A DNA stretch of 64,000 nucleotides from the human T2T-CHM13v2.0 reference genome, Homo sapiens. The position numbers were made by a program, and so were the translations under genes. The DNA is taken from assembly GCF_009914755.1 (NCBI RefSeq), contig NC_060929.1; one strand, 5' to 3'. Shown here one piece after another: positions 13,913 to 27,349 of the stretch. Below the pieces are notes generated by a model. The model did no database searches, was not told where the DNA came from, and worked only from the letters and a program-made list of their open reading frames with translations. Position 1 is the stretch's first letter. The number at the start of each line of letters is the position of its first letter.

Positions 13913-14214
13913 CTAAACAGTAAACAGAAGACAATGGTCTAACACTGTATATGTCTCATATATTATCTACTTATGTTAGTAAAGATGCAAGGCCATAAGT
14001 TTAATTTACATTTAATAATATAAACGCAATGTTTTTACGTACATAACCAAAATAGACCAATTTAAATGAATATGACCAAGAGAAATTTGAATCTTACAGA
14101 GAGGTTCAAAAAGTACTTTATAAAAATGTTTCTTACCTATTACATTAAATTATGTCTTCCACTATTGAAAAGACGTAACCAACAATGGGAACTTTCTCTT
14201 TCTTCTCCTCCTTT

Positions 14215-14400
14215 AAATTATTTAGTGCCTACTGTGTGCAAGGCAATATACCTGGCTTTTAAATGCCACATTGTTTATCCTCATGAATGACAGAGGTACA
14301 TATTCTTCTCTCCATTTTGCAAATGTGGAAATTGATGCTCAAAGTGGCTGGTTAAATAACTTACCCAGAGTTGTGCAGCCCATCAGTCAGTAAAAGATCC
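14215..14400 (-). mobile_element. MIR
   Basis: tccattttgcaaatgtggaaattgatgctca...taaataacttacccagag. Confidence 0.7.
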
Positions 14401-16379
14401 AGTACTTTCTATGCCCCAAAATCATGCATTTTTAAAAATATACATCACACTGTTTCCAACAGAGTAAACATGTATAAAACTGTAGTATATATAAGCTGAA
14501 AACCTGCCAAAGGTTCCAGGCATTCCACTTGAAGAAGGCACAAAAAGAGGTGGAAAAGATCCAAAGGACAGCAAAACTATCAAGGTGACTAACAGGTTTT
14601 AGTATGAAAAGGATTTGATACATGAGGGTCATGGTTTGGAAGACGAAATCTAGGAGAGGCTATAGAATGATAAAGAAAGTCAGACAGTAGCTGCACGGAA
14701 TCATTCTCAAAATCCCAGAATACTGTAAGTAGGGAGCATATTCTAACTTGAAAGAGGTCTGTTTAACACCAAAACGAATAAAAGGCTACTTCGCACATCA
14801 GGAAGCAGGTACTTAACCCAAGTGGAAGTCAAGTGTAAAAAGTTCCAGTGGGCTCAGAATGGCTTAGGGAGCCGAGGAAGACAGGTTGACCAGAAGAGAG
14901 TAAAGAAAGAAGCCTGGGCTGATACAGGGCAGCGCCTGGGTCTTTGAAGATTCCTATCAGGATCACAGCCACAAACACTTCCTGCCTCTCCCTCATCTGC
15001 ACCCTGGGCCCCTGGCAGGGGCAGAACATCGAAGCAGAGTGGCAAACCTCATGTCCCCTTCCTAATCTCTGGTAATGGCCATCCAGTCTGAACTTGAAAA
15101 CTTCCAGCAGGAGGAAGGGACACTCAACAACTCACAGGGCATCTTGTTCTATTGGGAAATTCTCGACTGCATTGAGCTGAAACCTGCCTCTCTGTCATTC
15201 CTCCTCGTTAGCTCTGGTCCTGTTCTCTGAAGCATCTAGGACTATACCTCCTCCTGAGGCCCTGCCTCAGACCCTGAGTTGGGACAACTAACACCATATC
15301 CTGCCCTCTCCCTTGGTACTCTCTAGGCTGTGGAGTTGCTTACACTGATTTGTGTGTAACCCTTCCTGGTTCCTCAGTTTCTCTGTCCATATGAATTTAG
15401 ACATGTTTGGCGATATTGACAAAAGAAATGAAACATCATCATAGGTCTAAATAAATTCAAACTCTAGCGTTGTGAGTTTTACTTCAAAATAATAATGCTG
15501 TACTTCAATATAACACTTCTGAGAAATAATCTAGGATTATGTAAACTTTGGAGGGAAGTCCTGTGAAGATTTAAAAATGGGGAGATGGTTAACCCCTCAT
15601 TTGTGCTGGAACCATTTTCTAGTTTCCTTCTCCACTCACTTTGCATGGGGAAGCATGAATTCCCTAAGAAATGTCAAGATTTTATCAATGGTTTCTAACT
15701 TTCTGAAACCCCCTCCCTCATTGCCCCATCAGCTTTTTGTCCCTGTTTTGAATCTCACATGAATGTTTCAAACCGCTATCTGCTTTCAAATGTCTCTGTG
15801 TAAGCCAAGCAGCCAGCCCACTTTAAGCCCATGTGGGCTGGTGTTTTCTGAAACGGCTGTTACAGGTTGGGCTGAGTACAGGAATCCTGTCAACATGGAT
15901 TCGGTCTCATCTTTCTCTAAGGCCCCTCCTATTTTGCTGGGTGGGGACAGGTCTGTTCTAATCAGGAGGCTGCTCCATGCCGCCCTGACCTTGTGTGTGA
16001 GGGTGACTGGCAGACAGTTTTCTCACCCAGTGCCCTCACAAAGCCCTTGGGGCCTTAGCCCTTCTTCTCCCTTGGCCCCCGCAGGCTCAGCCTCCTTCCC
16101 CTGGGTGCCGGTCCCCTCACAGAGGCTTCAGCTCACCTCAGCAGGCAAAGACTGTGCTGTGCACAGCCCCTCATTAAAGCAGAACCCTGTGCTCCTGGCT
16201 GCAGCCTCAGTCCCCACCCTCAGATATCTACTGTTAGGTGCTAGCAGGAAGCTGTCATGGGTGAGAAGCGTGTAGAAAAAAGAAGTAGTTTCTCTGCTTC
16301 CCTTGGTCCTGTGTTTCTTTACTTCTTCTTTACTCTCCCCTTTTTCTACCTTTTATCCCTCAGTGTTGAAAAAGAGAGT

Positions 16380-16777
16380 TGCTAGGCACTGAATGTTTGC
16401 ATCCTGCCCAGACGCAGATGATGAAGCCCTAATCCCCAAGGTAATGGTATTTGAAGGTGGGGCCTTTAGTTGGCAGTTAGATCGAGATGAGCTTGTGACA
16501 GTGGAGCCCCCATGATGGGATTAGTGTCCTTATAAGGAAAGGAAGAGACATCAGAGCCCTCTCTTTCTCTCAGAGAGAGGAGACATGAAGACACAGCAGG
16601 AAGATATATACATCTCTCTCTCTCTATATATATATATATTCAGTGCCTATATATATAGAGAGAGAGAGGGAGAGAGATGTATATATCTTCCTGCTGTGTC
16701 CTCATCTGTCTCCTCTCTCTCTCTATATATATGTAGGCACTGAATATATATACACATATTCTCTATATATAGGCACT

Positions 16778-16815
<38 letters not shown>

Positions 16816-16943
16816 CAAGAGAGAGAGAGATCTTGGACTTGATCTTGGACTTCAAGTCTCTAGAATTGGGAGAAATAAATTTCTGCTGTTTAGGACACCC
16901 AGTCTATAGCATTTTGTTATAGCAGCCTGAGCTAACTAAGACA
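16380..16943 (+). mobile_element. MaLR MLT1A-like solo LTR with an internal palindromic rearrangement
   Basis: TGctaggcactgaatg...gagctaactaagaCA; near-TSD agagt/tgagt; atgggattagtgtccttataa and aataaatttctg motifs. Confidence 0.88.
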
Positions 16944-17104
16944 TGAGTTTTTTTTTTTTTAAAGACATCTTTAAAGTCCAAGTTACTTTCATTTTTCCAG
17001 CAAATAGGTAGTTACTCAGTAGTAAACAGTCATATAGGAGGAAATGTGGAAATGAGAGATGAGGTCTGCTAAAGGCATATATCTATTTGAAATTTTTCAA
17101 CAAA

Positions 17105-17310
17105 ACCTACATTAAGCACTTATGAAAGTTCAGGTCCTATACTAAGCACATAGCACCATACCTCATTTAACTTGCCAAAAATCTATGAGATAAGCCCTCT
17201 TATGATCACCATCTTATAGATGAAGGACCCGAGGCTCAAAAAGATTAGGTAATTTTCCTAAAGTCACATAGTAAATGACAGATTCAGCCGTCTGTGTGAT
17301 TCCACTACAG
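17105..17310 (-). mobile_element. MIR
   Basis: catcttatagatgaaggacccgaggctca...taattttcctaaagtcacatag. Confidence 0.75.
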
Positions 17311-18989
17311 CAAAAACAAACATTTATACAATAGGTTTTCTGGGCAAGGCCCAAGTTACTCTCCTGAATAGAGACAAAGGAGTATGTGACGTGACCCTTG
17401 ACTTTATGCAAAAACCAATCTACTTGTGGGTAATGAGACATGAACATAAGAAAAATTGTCATCACTGGGGTTCAAGTAATTCCCAAAGAGAAATATCAGT
17501 TATATTATAGATAGTGCCGGAAGCTTTGCGGAAGTGGTAAGATCTGAACTGGGCCTTAACAGGACTGAGCTGGGGGAGAGGACTGTATATATGTGGGCTG
17601 ACTCTGCGGAGTTCTAGTGAAATCTCAGATTTGATGGAAGAAATGTTTCTGCTACGCAATTTCAGAAAGTACAAGAAACCAGCCCTACACATTTATCTCT
17701 AAAGCTGATGACAAAGACAGCTAGTTCTTTGGGTCAGGTGAGGGGCTGATGATTCTGGGAAGCTCCCCTCACTATTTCCCATCATACACACCACTCTGTT
17801 TAGAGACCCCTCTTCTCAGCTGGCATAGCTTCTGGCCACACCTCAACCTGAGTACTTTTTATATTGCTATAATTTCCTGTTTTAAATAACAGGACTCTCT
17901 AATTAGGCTTTAAGCAACTAAAGGGCTAGAAAAACATCTTCTTTGGCCTTTGCCCCAATCCTAACACCATAACAGGCAAAAGTGGCACCCAGTAAATACC
18001 AAATGCACAAGCAAAGAACTGAAGATGAATCAGAACCAATGTATGAACCACAAGCAAAGAAGAATTGCCAGGTTTGTCCATTTTTTCCATTCGATGACTT
18101 TTTTCATTTAAGGAATTCTCCCCACTGAGACCATGACATGTTTGTTTCAAGCAGAGAAATCCAGCCAAACGGGCAGCTTAAGCAAGGAAAATTTCCAGTG
18201 CTGAGAGAGGACAGTGAAATGATTTTCCTAAATGGAAGCTAACAGAGTGCAGATGTCTGTCCAGCGTTGTCTGAGGTGCTCAGGATACCTGAGCACTAAC
18301 AGAACAGAAGTCCTAGAAGATCCCTGGAAAATGCAATTTACCGAGTACTTTTTCCTTCCCCACATACTGCAGGCAGCTCTTCACAAAGCTCTATTTAGGG
18401 ATTTTGCAGATGGCAGAGCCCTCACCTGCTGATCTCTGAGTCAGTGTCCACGGCAGCCAGGCATGGATCACGCCTTGACGAAGCCACACAGAGAACCTGG
18501 AGTAGTGCTAGGGAGCAAAGAAACTGAACATAGATGGCAGAAGACTCTGGAAATTACAGTTTCCAGTACATTCTGGAGTGCTTTTTAACATGCCAGTAGT
18601 TTCCAGTGTGAGCAATGAGGCTGCTTATTCTACTTAGAAAATTGCTCAAGGCTCTGCCTCCAGCCCAACCCTTCCCTCATCTGGATTCTCTTCTACACCC
18701 TTATATCAGATTTCCAACAGAGAAGGATTTCTGCCCAGCCCACGCAGGTTGACCACTAACTGGACATTGGCCACTAATTACTACTGCCTTGTTTGAGGTC
18801 CAGCTTCCCCCAAGATGACCTTCTCAAGTTGATCTTCTCCAGCCTACACTGCAGCTTCCAGACAAATGAGACCCAGTACCCTAACTGTCCCACCTTTCTG
18901 TCACCACTTCTGCAAGGTTTCTGAAACATGACACCTGGGCAGCAACACAGCAACATAGACACTAACAGCCATCTGGGATCCAGTGCCTA

Positions 18990-19160
18990 TCAAGAGCCCA
19001 ACTGGTGCTAAACACTCTTGGATTTGATCATTTATCTTAATTCTCACATTAAAACATGTAGTAAATCTTATTGTCATTTTAAAATGAGAAAGCTGAGACA
19101 CAGAGAGATTATAGAGTTTATTCAAAGTCTCATAGCCAGTAAGCAGCAGGACCAGCATTT
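18990..19160 (-). mobile_element. MIR
   Basis: cattttaaaatgagaaagctgagacacagagagatt. Confidence 0.7.
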
Positions 19161-21930
19161 TAGCTGGTTTAGTGTGAATCTTATTTAACTTAGTGGCATG
19201 GAGATGGGGATGGGGTTTCTGGGATCATCTGCCTAATAAAATTTCAGCATGAGGAATGGAAAGGATCAACTCAAAAAAAAAAAAATCATACATAGAAGAA
19301 GTTCGACCCCAAACCAGCTGAGTCCTAGTCCTCCAGGTCCCCACCAGTCTTCAGCAATGCATGAAGGACATTTGTCTACGAGTGCAGTAGGAGGTAGGTG
19401 ACCTTTTGATACTAGATTTCTGGAGACAATATCCTGCTTCTTTATATAACTCAGACAAGTGCTACTCAGGGAAGATATTCTGGACCCAGTGTTGAGGGCT
19501 GGAGAGATGGTACCAGGAAAAAAGAAGGAAAGCATCTTAAGACTAATAGGTCCTATCCAGGCCCACTATTGATAGCTGCTTGCTCCCCATGCCTACTGGC
19601 CTGACCCAAACCACCTGTGACCTTGGACAAATATTACTATCTCTTCCCCTGTCTAATGAAGAAACTGAATTGAATTCCTATTTTTTTAAGGGTCATGGAA
19701 CCTTTCCTTGATACAAAGATTATGCAAAAAGTAAAGAAAAGAATGAACCCCAAAGTTGCTGGGGTCATGGGGTGTGGTGGGTGGCCCCAAAGGGGATTCC
19801 ACATGGTGCATCTTTAAACCACCAGCTGACACCATATCTGGGGTTCTTCCAGTTCTAGTGTTCTCTGAGTTGGGCGAACACACGTTCCCACTGCCAAGGC
19901 ATAATTGTGAGCTATCTGCCACTACCACACACTTGCACCCAGATCCTCTTCTTGGCAGGTCATTGTGGCCTTCCCCAGCAGAGTCAAACACCAGTGCAGG
20001 TGTGTGCATCCATTAGCAACAAGGGCTGAGCAGCCCGAGGGGCCCATCTCTCCAGGCCAGCTTGGGTATATTTGAAGGGTCTCTGTAGGAAGCTCATTTT
20101 TACTCCACAAAAAGTTTACCACACTAACTGAGAACAAAAAATATTTTTTTACATTTAAGTAACAGACTATCCATTTCTCAAAACTGGCCATTGTTGAAGT
20201 ACAAACAGCTGCCTTTAAAGAAAGAAATGAAGCAACCTGAGTCTAAGTTGTTAGAAACTGCTAGATCCCCAAAACAAGTACATCCTAGCTTAAGAGTATG
20301 GACAAAAAGTATAAGCACCTGAAAAAAAAAAAGAAAGAAAGAGATGTATTCTCAAAGGCTGGATGGTCCTGCCTGACACTGCACTCACTTCATTCAGAAT
20401 ATGTCAAAAAGGAAGATGGAAATGGTAGATCATTTGGGACACATGACTCTTCCCAAAATACCAACATAATTACATCAAATGTAAGTAAAAAGGATGTTTG
20501 AAGATCCTTCCAGAGAGTCAATAATCTGAATGAGTCGAGAATTTATAATGAATTTATATTAAATCCATTGTTATTTATATGTTTATATTAAATATAATAA
20601 TGGATTTATATTAAATACATTATTATTTTGTTAATTATCTATTTAACACTTGGAACGCAAAGTAATTCCACTGATTTGCGGTCTGACCCCACACACTTTT
20701 TTCCGTTCCGCACTCTCTGATAGAAATGTGCTGATGCATTTCTCACAATGAAGACCAGATGCGGAGGAGGCTGCTGGGGGCAGAAGTAAAATAACAAAAA
20801 ATGAAGTAATCAACCGAGTGGATAATGAGTCCCAGTATGCTTAGACATCGATTGAACTCTGCTGACACACTTCCCTTGGCTTAGTGACTCAGGATTGGGG
20901 AATAACTCAGGGACTTTCACGCTTCATCCAAGCCTCCACAAAACATTTCTTACAGTTTCTTTGTCCTCAGTGGTGAGCTGGCCATTGCTGCAAGTGTTCA
21001 AAAAGAGTTTACTCCTGCACAGTTACATTTCATGTAGGGTATAAAGTTTCTACCAGCCTATAAAAGAAAGACTACCTATATTGTGACTCTCCTACTGGGA
21101 AATTTAGTACATGTTTACAAAGCTTTCTAGACAATGAGTCCCAGTTTGTTTTCAGAGCTCCCATTAATACCTAGTGTTCTGAGGAACATCACTTGAAAAA
21201 ATACAACTTTTAGGGAATACTAGCTTAGGAAGGAAGTGAGATTCAATGAATACTAAAGTCTTTTCATATTATAAGCCTGTCATTCTATGATGATCTATAT
21301 GGAAATGAAGGGGAGCAAAGTCTTATCCAGGAACCATACAGTGGGAATGGAATGCTTTCTTTTTAGGGTTCTCCCTGGTCTTAAGGACAGTTTCCATCTT
21401 GCCGGAACAGAAATACTGTTAGTTAAATAGAGCCACTAGGGAAGCAGGCGAGACATGGAAGAGAGGTCTCTTGGAAAACGGAGTTACCTTCTATCTGTGG
21501 AAAGATGGGTGATGGACCAGCAAGAAGTCATGCTGGCATTTAGTTAGGGCTGGTCCTAAGCTTCAGCAGGACCTTCCAAAGACAAGACCATGCTGGAACT
21601 CCGTGTCTACCTCCTTCCACATCCTGGCAGCACTTTTAGAGATTACTCACTAAGACCTGCAAGCATAGTGTGTGCTCAATAAATACAGTGCAAACTGCTT
21701 AAGAGGCTTTTCTTAATGTTCACACCAACCTAAGGCTAACTATTGACCTAAGAAGAAAAAATGAATTAGTGGTGTCTAAATAGATCTGGGCTATCCTAAG
21801 GTAAGCCCCCTCTCAGTGTCCCTACCCCACTGGCCCAGGCCCTTCTCTGTTGTTTGCATCAAGTCCTTAAAACTTACCAGGTCAAATACTGAACATGCCT
21901 GAGGCAATTTGTGCCTTCCTTTATGATGAC

Positions 21931-22320
21931 TGTGTTAGACTGCTAATTGTCCTCAATATTTGTTCTTCCCCTCTTCCTCCTTGATTTTGTTCTGGGTGCA
22001 TGGCTTCCTAGAATATAGACTAAATTTCCCAGCCTCCCTTGCAGCTAAATTCTGACCAATAAGACACAAGGGGAAGGGCTACATGTAATTTTCAGAACTT
22101 AAAGGGAAGGCAGAGCCCCTTCTCTTCCTTTTCCTCCTTCCTGGCCTGAATATGGATGGTTTCAACAAAGTGGATGCCAGATGTTGAAGAAGATGGAATA
22201 ATATAGAAGATAGACAATAGAAGGAGCCTGGGTTCCTGATTGTGGAGATAAAACCTGGGATGTTTTATTTCCAAATTCCATTTATATGTGAGAAAAATAA
22301 AAGTATTTTTCAACTTGAAT
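21931..22320. mobile_element. Old MaLR LTR (MLT1I/J-like)
   Basis: atttcccagcctcccttgcagcta..ttctgaccaat; agaaggagcctgggttcctga. Confidence 0.65.
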
Positions 22321-23076
22321 AGAAGAGGGCTGTTTTGTCTGTTTTGCTCACTCCTTTTACCCCCAGCACTTAGAATAGTTCCTTCTACTCAGTAACAATA
22401 TTTTAAATAAATCAATCTTACGTGGTATTTTCTGTCACCCAAAAGCCTTATTATCCTAAGCAAGTGACATGATGACTTAACTCTCCCCTTCATGTTTGGG
22501 AGGCACTATCTCTTCTCAGAGTCCGTAATCCTAGGTGTGGGTTGCTTTCATCTCCAAGTGACAGCATTCAATCCGTCCCCTCAGATCAGCAAGTTGATAA
22601 GGTATAAATAAACAGTGAGTTCTCTTTTACTACCTTCAGTCTGTTAACATAGGAATAAGACTGATTTCCCACAATGGCTTCCAAAAATAGTATTTTCAGA
22701 GAAGTCATATATTTACTCTTGTTCCGGAGAAAATAATCCCATGAGTCCTACATGTATCTTCTTAAGAGAACTGAAGGTACCAAGGTTTAGTTGAGAGGGA
22801 AAGTAGACACTATGCTTGGAAACCTCATATGTACTTTTAAATGAAGCAAGAAAATTCTGGGTGATTCCCACTGGACTGCTTATTTATTAACACTCTCTCC
22901 ACTGTCATCAAAGGGTCAGCAAGTCTGTTAGTCGGAAGCCTGCAATTCAGCTATCTCTGTTGCTGCTACACCCAGCTCACACATAACTGCTTGATATTTC
23001 ATTTCATGAACTTAACTGCAGGGCATAAATACATTTATGTTCTTCCCATACTCCCAGATTGACAAATGTTAACTTG

Positions 23077-23090
23077 GTGAGTCAGCAATA
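23077..23090. promoter_or_regulatory. Candidate NF-E2/MARE/ARE (AP-1 core plus GC) motif in unique intronic sequence
   Basis: GTGAGTCAGCAATA matches TGCTGA(G/C)TCA(C/T) on the opposite strand; motif match only. Confidence 0.3.
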
Positions 23091-23424
23091 ATCAAGCTCA
23101 AAGTCAAGAGTAAAAATTCTCTATAATTAGAGAATATATCATAGAGACCTTGAGAAACCATCTGCTCTTTCAATAGACAGCAACAAAGTAATTCCATGCT
23201 GATGAGACTTCATTTTTAAAGAACGTGAAAGAGATAATATTTATATATGGTTATATTTACATATATATGGGCTTATTACATACCTGTGTACACACAAACA
23301 TATTTACAGTTTGTTCTAATTATCTAATTTCATAAAAATAAAATGTCCTACATGCCAACTTATTATAAAAATAGTATGTATGTTCATTCAGCTTTTGAAA
23401 TGTTCTGTTTGAACTAAAAACAAA

Positions 23425-24110
23425 ACACACATGATCAACTCCATAGATGCAGAGAAGGCTTTTGATAAAATGCGACATCCCTCCATGATAAAAATCCTCA
23501 ACAGACTAGGCATTGAAGGAACATACCTCACAATATAAAGAGTCACCTATGATATACCCACAGCTAACATCATATCAAATGACCAAAAGCTAGAAGCATT
23601 CCCCTTGAGAACCAGAAGAAGATAAGGACGCTCACTCCCACCAATCCTATTTAACACAGTACTGGGAGTCTTAGCCAAAGCAATCAGGCAAGAAAAAGAA
23701 ATAAAAGGTATCCAAATAAGAAGAGAGGAAGTCAAACTCTATCTCTGTTTGCAGATGATATGATTCTATACCTAGAAAACCCCACTGTCTCCTAGATCTG
23801 ATCAATGACTTTAGCAAAGTCTCAGGATACAAAATCAATGTACAAAGTTCAGCATTTCTATATACCAACAACATCCAAGCTGAGAATCAAATTAAGAAAG
23901 CAATTCCATTCACAATAGCCACAAAAAGGACAAAATACCTAGGAATACAGCTGACCAGGCAGGTGAAAGATCTCTACAACAAGAATTACAAAATACTGCT
24001 CAAAGAAATCAAAGATGACACAAACAAATGAAAAAACATTCCATGCTCATGGATAGGAAGAATCAATATTCTTAAAATGGTCATACTGCCCAAAGCAATT
24101 TAAAAATTCA
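23425..24110 (+). mobile_element. L1 ORF2 (reverse transcriptase region) fragment, decayed
   Basis: Encodes ...IDAEKAFDK..., ...[11 protein letters not shown]... with frameshifts. Confidence 0.92.
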
Positions 24111-24519
24111 AATTTCTTCTCTAATTCTTTTATTAATGTCTGACTTTATAACAGAAAAACTAAGGGCTATTCTCTCAACCATCTAAATTGTTCCTCTAGT
24201 AAGAGCAATCACATAGTAACCTATATAATTACTGAGAAATATAAACCTATGCAATTTGAGTTTTCATTGATTTCTTGGTTGTTTAAAAGACAGAAAAGTA
24301 GACCTAGGGAAACAAGCAAAATCAAGGAGAGAAAAATTACCCTTTTGGTAATAAGCCAGCCATTCTTCTATGAAGGTACCTGACTGGTAAAAAGGTTCGA
24401 AAATAAGAGCCAGCATTTCTACTAAGGAACTACTGACACATAAAGTATAAAGGGAAAGACTGAACGCAGAGAGCCACATGAACACACTTTCTGGTGAAGG
24501 AAAGAACACTTTAGTCTAG

Positions 24520-24828
24520 AGAAGTCCGGGCCAATATGGTGGCTGCCAGCTACATGCAGTGATGGAAGCTTGAAATGCGCTGTACACAAAATGAGATGTG
24601 CTGGCTAGATTTCAAAGACTTGATATGATAAAAAAGAATGTGAACTCTCACACTAATAAGGTACATTGATTACATATTGAAATAATAATATTCTGGATTA
24701 TCTTGAGCTAAGAAAAGTATTAACATTAATTTCACCTGTTTTTTCATTTTCTTCACTTGGCTACTAGAAAGTTGAAAATTACCTATGTGACTTCATTGTG
24801 ACTCACATATTTGTATTGTAGAGCACTG
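24520..24828. mobile_element. hAT-Charlie non-autonomous DNA transposon (MER33/MER3-like)
   Basis: ccaatatggtggctgccagctacatg; gatttcaaagactt; attaatttcacctgttt; tggctactagaaa; ends agcactg. Confidence 0.75.
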
Positions 24829-25311
24829 GTTTAGAGGTCAAGACACTTGGATATCCATCTAGGGTCTCCTAGTTATTTGTTATTTTATCTAAAGTCAGAC
24901 TCACATAATATAATTGCTTGAAGAAAGGAGTCAAGCACCATACTTGCCACATAGTAAAGTCACAGTATGTATTATTCTGTTTTCTTCAATCCTATTTGCA
25001 ACTAAAGAGATGATGTCCACAATAGATCAAAACTCTAATTCCTCTTGTTTTCAGTTAAGGTTTATTTAATTCTGATTAGGGAGAGCCTTGTCTTTAATCA
25101 GCCTGGCTGTTTTATCCTCACCCTCACCTTGTGAAATGGCTGCCTAGTTCCTCACCCACTAGAACAAAGTGACAAGAAAGCATAATTCAGTTAAGAAATT
25201 TTTATCAAGTATTTTTTCATTCTCTTTTTTAAAGAGAGAGGGGAATAAATAGAGACAGAGAGAGAGAGATCAGTAAATCGTGACATAGAGATTTATTTTA
25301 AAGAGTAACTT

Positions 25312-25755
25312 CCTGTCCATAAACAAATAAATAAAATGTCGTATATACAATACAATGAAATATTGTTCAGCCTTATAAACAAAGGAAATTTGGACACATA
25401 CTACAACATGGATGAATCTTGAGGATGTTATACTAAGTGAAACAAGCCAGTCACAAAAGGACAAATACTGTATGATTCCATTTACATGAGGTACCTTGTG
25501 TAGTACAGTTCACAGAGGCAGAAAGTAGAATGCTGGTTGCCTGAGGATGGGAGTTGGGGAGGAAAAGGGAAATGGGAAAAACTGTTTAATTTGTACACAG
25601 TTTTGGTTTGGGGAGATGGGAAAACTTCTGGAGAGGGATGGATGGTGATGATGGTTGTCTAACAACAGAATATACTTAAAGCCACTGAACTGTACATTTA
25701 AAAATGGTTCAAAAGGTAAATTTTTTGTTATGTATATGTTACCAAAAACTTTTAA
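25312..25755 (+). mobile_element. L1MB-like 3' end
   Basis: acaacatggatgaatcttgagga..taagtgaaacaagccagtcacaaaaggacaaatactgtatgattcc; gccactgaactgtacatttaaaaatggtt. Confidence 0.88.
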
Positions 25756-26000
25756 ATCAACTTTCTAAAAAAGTAACTTCCATGGTAGATGGTGGATGTC
25801 AAATTGAATACAGATTCACCCAATTTCCTGCACTTCAATCGCTGCATTGACGAGTCCCATAGTGTCCCTAAAGAGACTCAATCCTTAATCACTGATTCAC
25901 AGTCACTAACATGTGCTTATTAAGGTGTTAATGTTTCAGTACTTGTAATTGGAGTTATTAAAATCAGGGTTTTCTGACTAATCGTCAATTAACAAATTAT

Positions 26001-26407
<407 letters not shown>

Positions 26408-27349
26408 CTAACTGAATCCTTGATGGCAGCCTGGTTGGTTTTTCCCTCATCTAATTAGAGATGGAGTTCAGGGATAGTGTCACAGCTGGTGAGGGACATC
26501 ATGCAGCTGGCTTTCCAGGAAAAGCAAAGGAAGGGAAGTAAGTCTGCACTGGGAGGCTGCTTCCAAGATTAGAAAAACTATGTAAAGGCTCAAGTTTGAG
26601 TTAATTTTTTCAGTAGAGATATTTACTAAAGCTTCATAACCTCTGTGATGTTATCAATACTGACAAACCAGTCTTGGCTTCACCTATGGGCCTCTGCCCA
26701 CTTCTGCCCTCTTGAAGCTATTATAGTCTCCTAGGCAGTTCTTTTCGGCTTAATATGGTCAATGTGAAATGCTGTTCTCCACAGTTCAGCTTGCTTTTTT
26801 GGACTATACATTTTAAGCTTCTAAATTTTGTTGTCTAATTCTTTCACTCCACTAATTCCTTGTTAGCCCAAGAAAAAAAGCTTTTTATTACATACCTCCC
26901 TCTGTAACTCCTCTCTAACATGTAGTTTAAAGCCTCCAGTCTTTAAAAAATAGGAGTTCTGGAATGTTCTCTTCTCAAAAATGGGATAATGAATTCAATA
27001 TACTTAAACTGTGATATTTAATTAGGCATAAGGTGGTGTGTAAATATTCAGAAACTGCCGGGCTCTCTAGGGAAAGATAAGGTACAAATAATGCCTTTTA
27101 ATCTCAAGATGTTCTCTCATTTATTGGAGAAGACAAAAACCATCCATAAGAAACAGAATCACACAAATGATAAATGATTAAATGTCACTAAGAGTGATGA
27201 GAGGCATTTAAAAGGAAAAAGAGATCAAGGTAAACTGAATTCAGTGAGCACCTGTTTGTTTCCCGTTGCCATGCCAGGCCCAGAAATTACAGAGATGAGT
27301 AAAAGCAACTTTACTGCCATTAAGGGACTCATTATCTAGAGAAACAGAT

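Noticed and set aside
12710-13934. ORF-track starts and ends for the ADAMTS-like peptides
   Set aside because: The ORFs run into intron sequence; the true limits are the splice sites at 13912/13716 and 12958/12875.
15763-16275. 170-aa + strand ORF in moderately GC-rich sequence
   Set aside because: No recognisable domain, Ser/Pro/Leu-rich random composition, and no promoter or splice support; probably chance.
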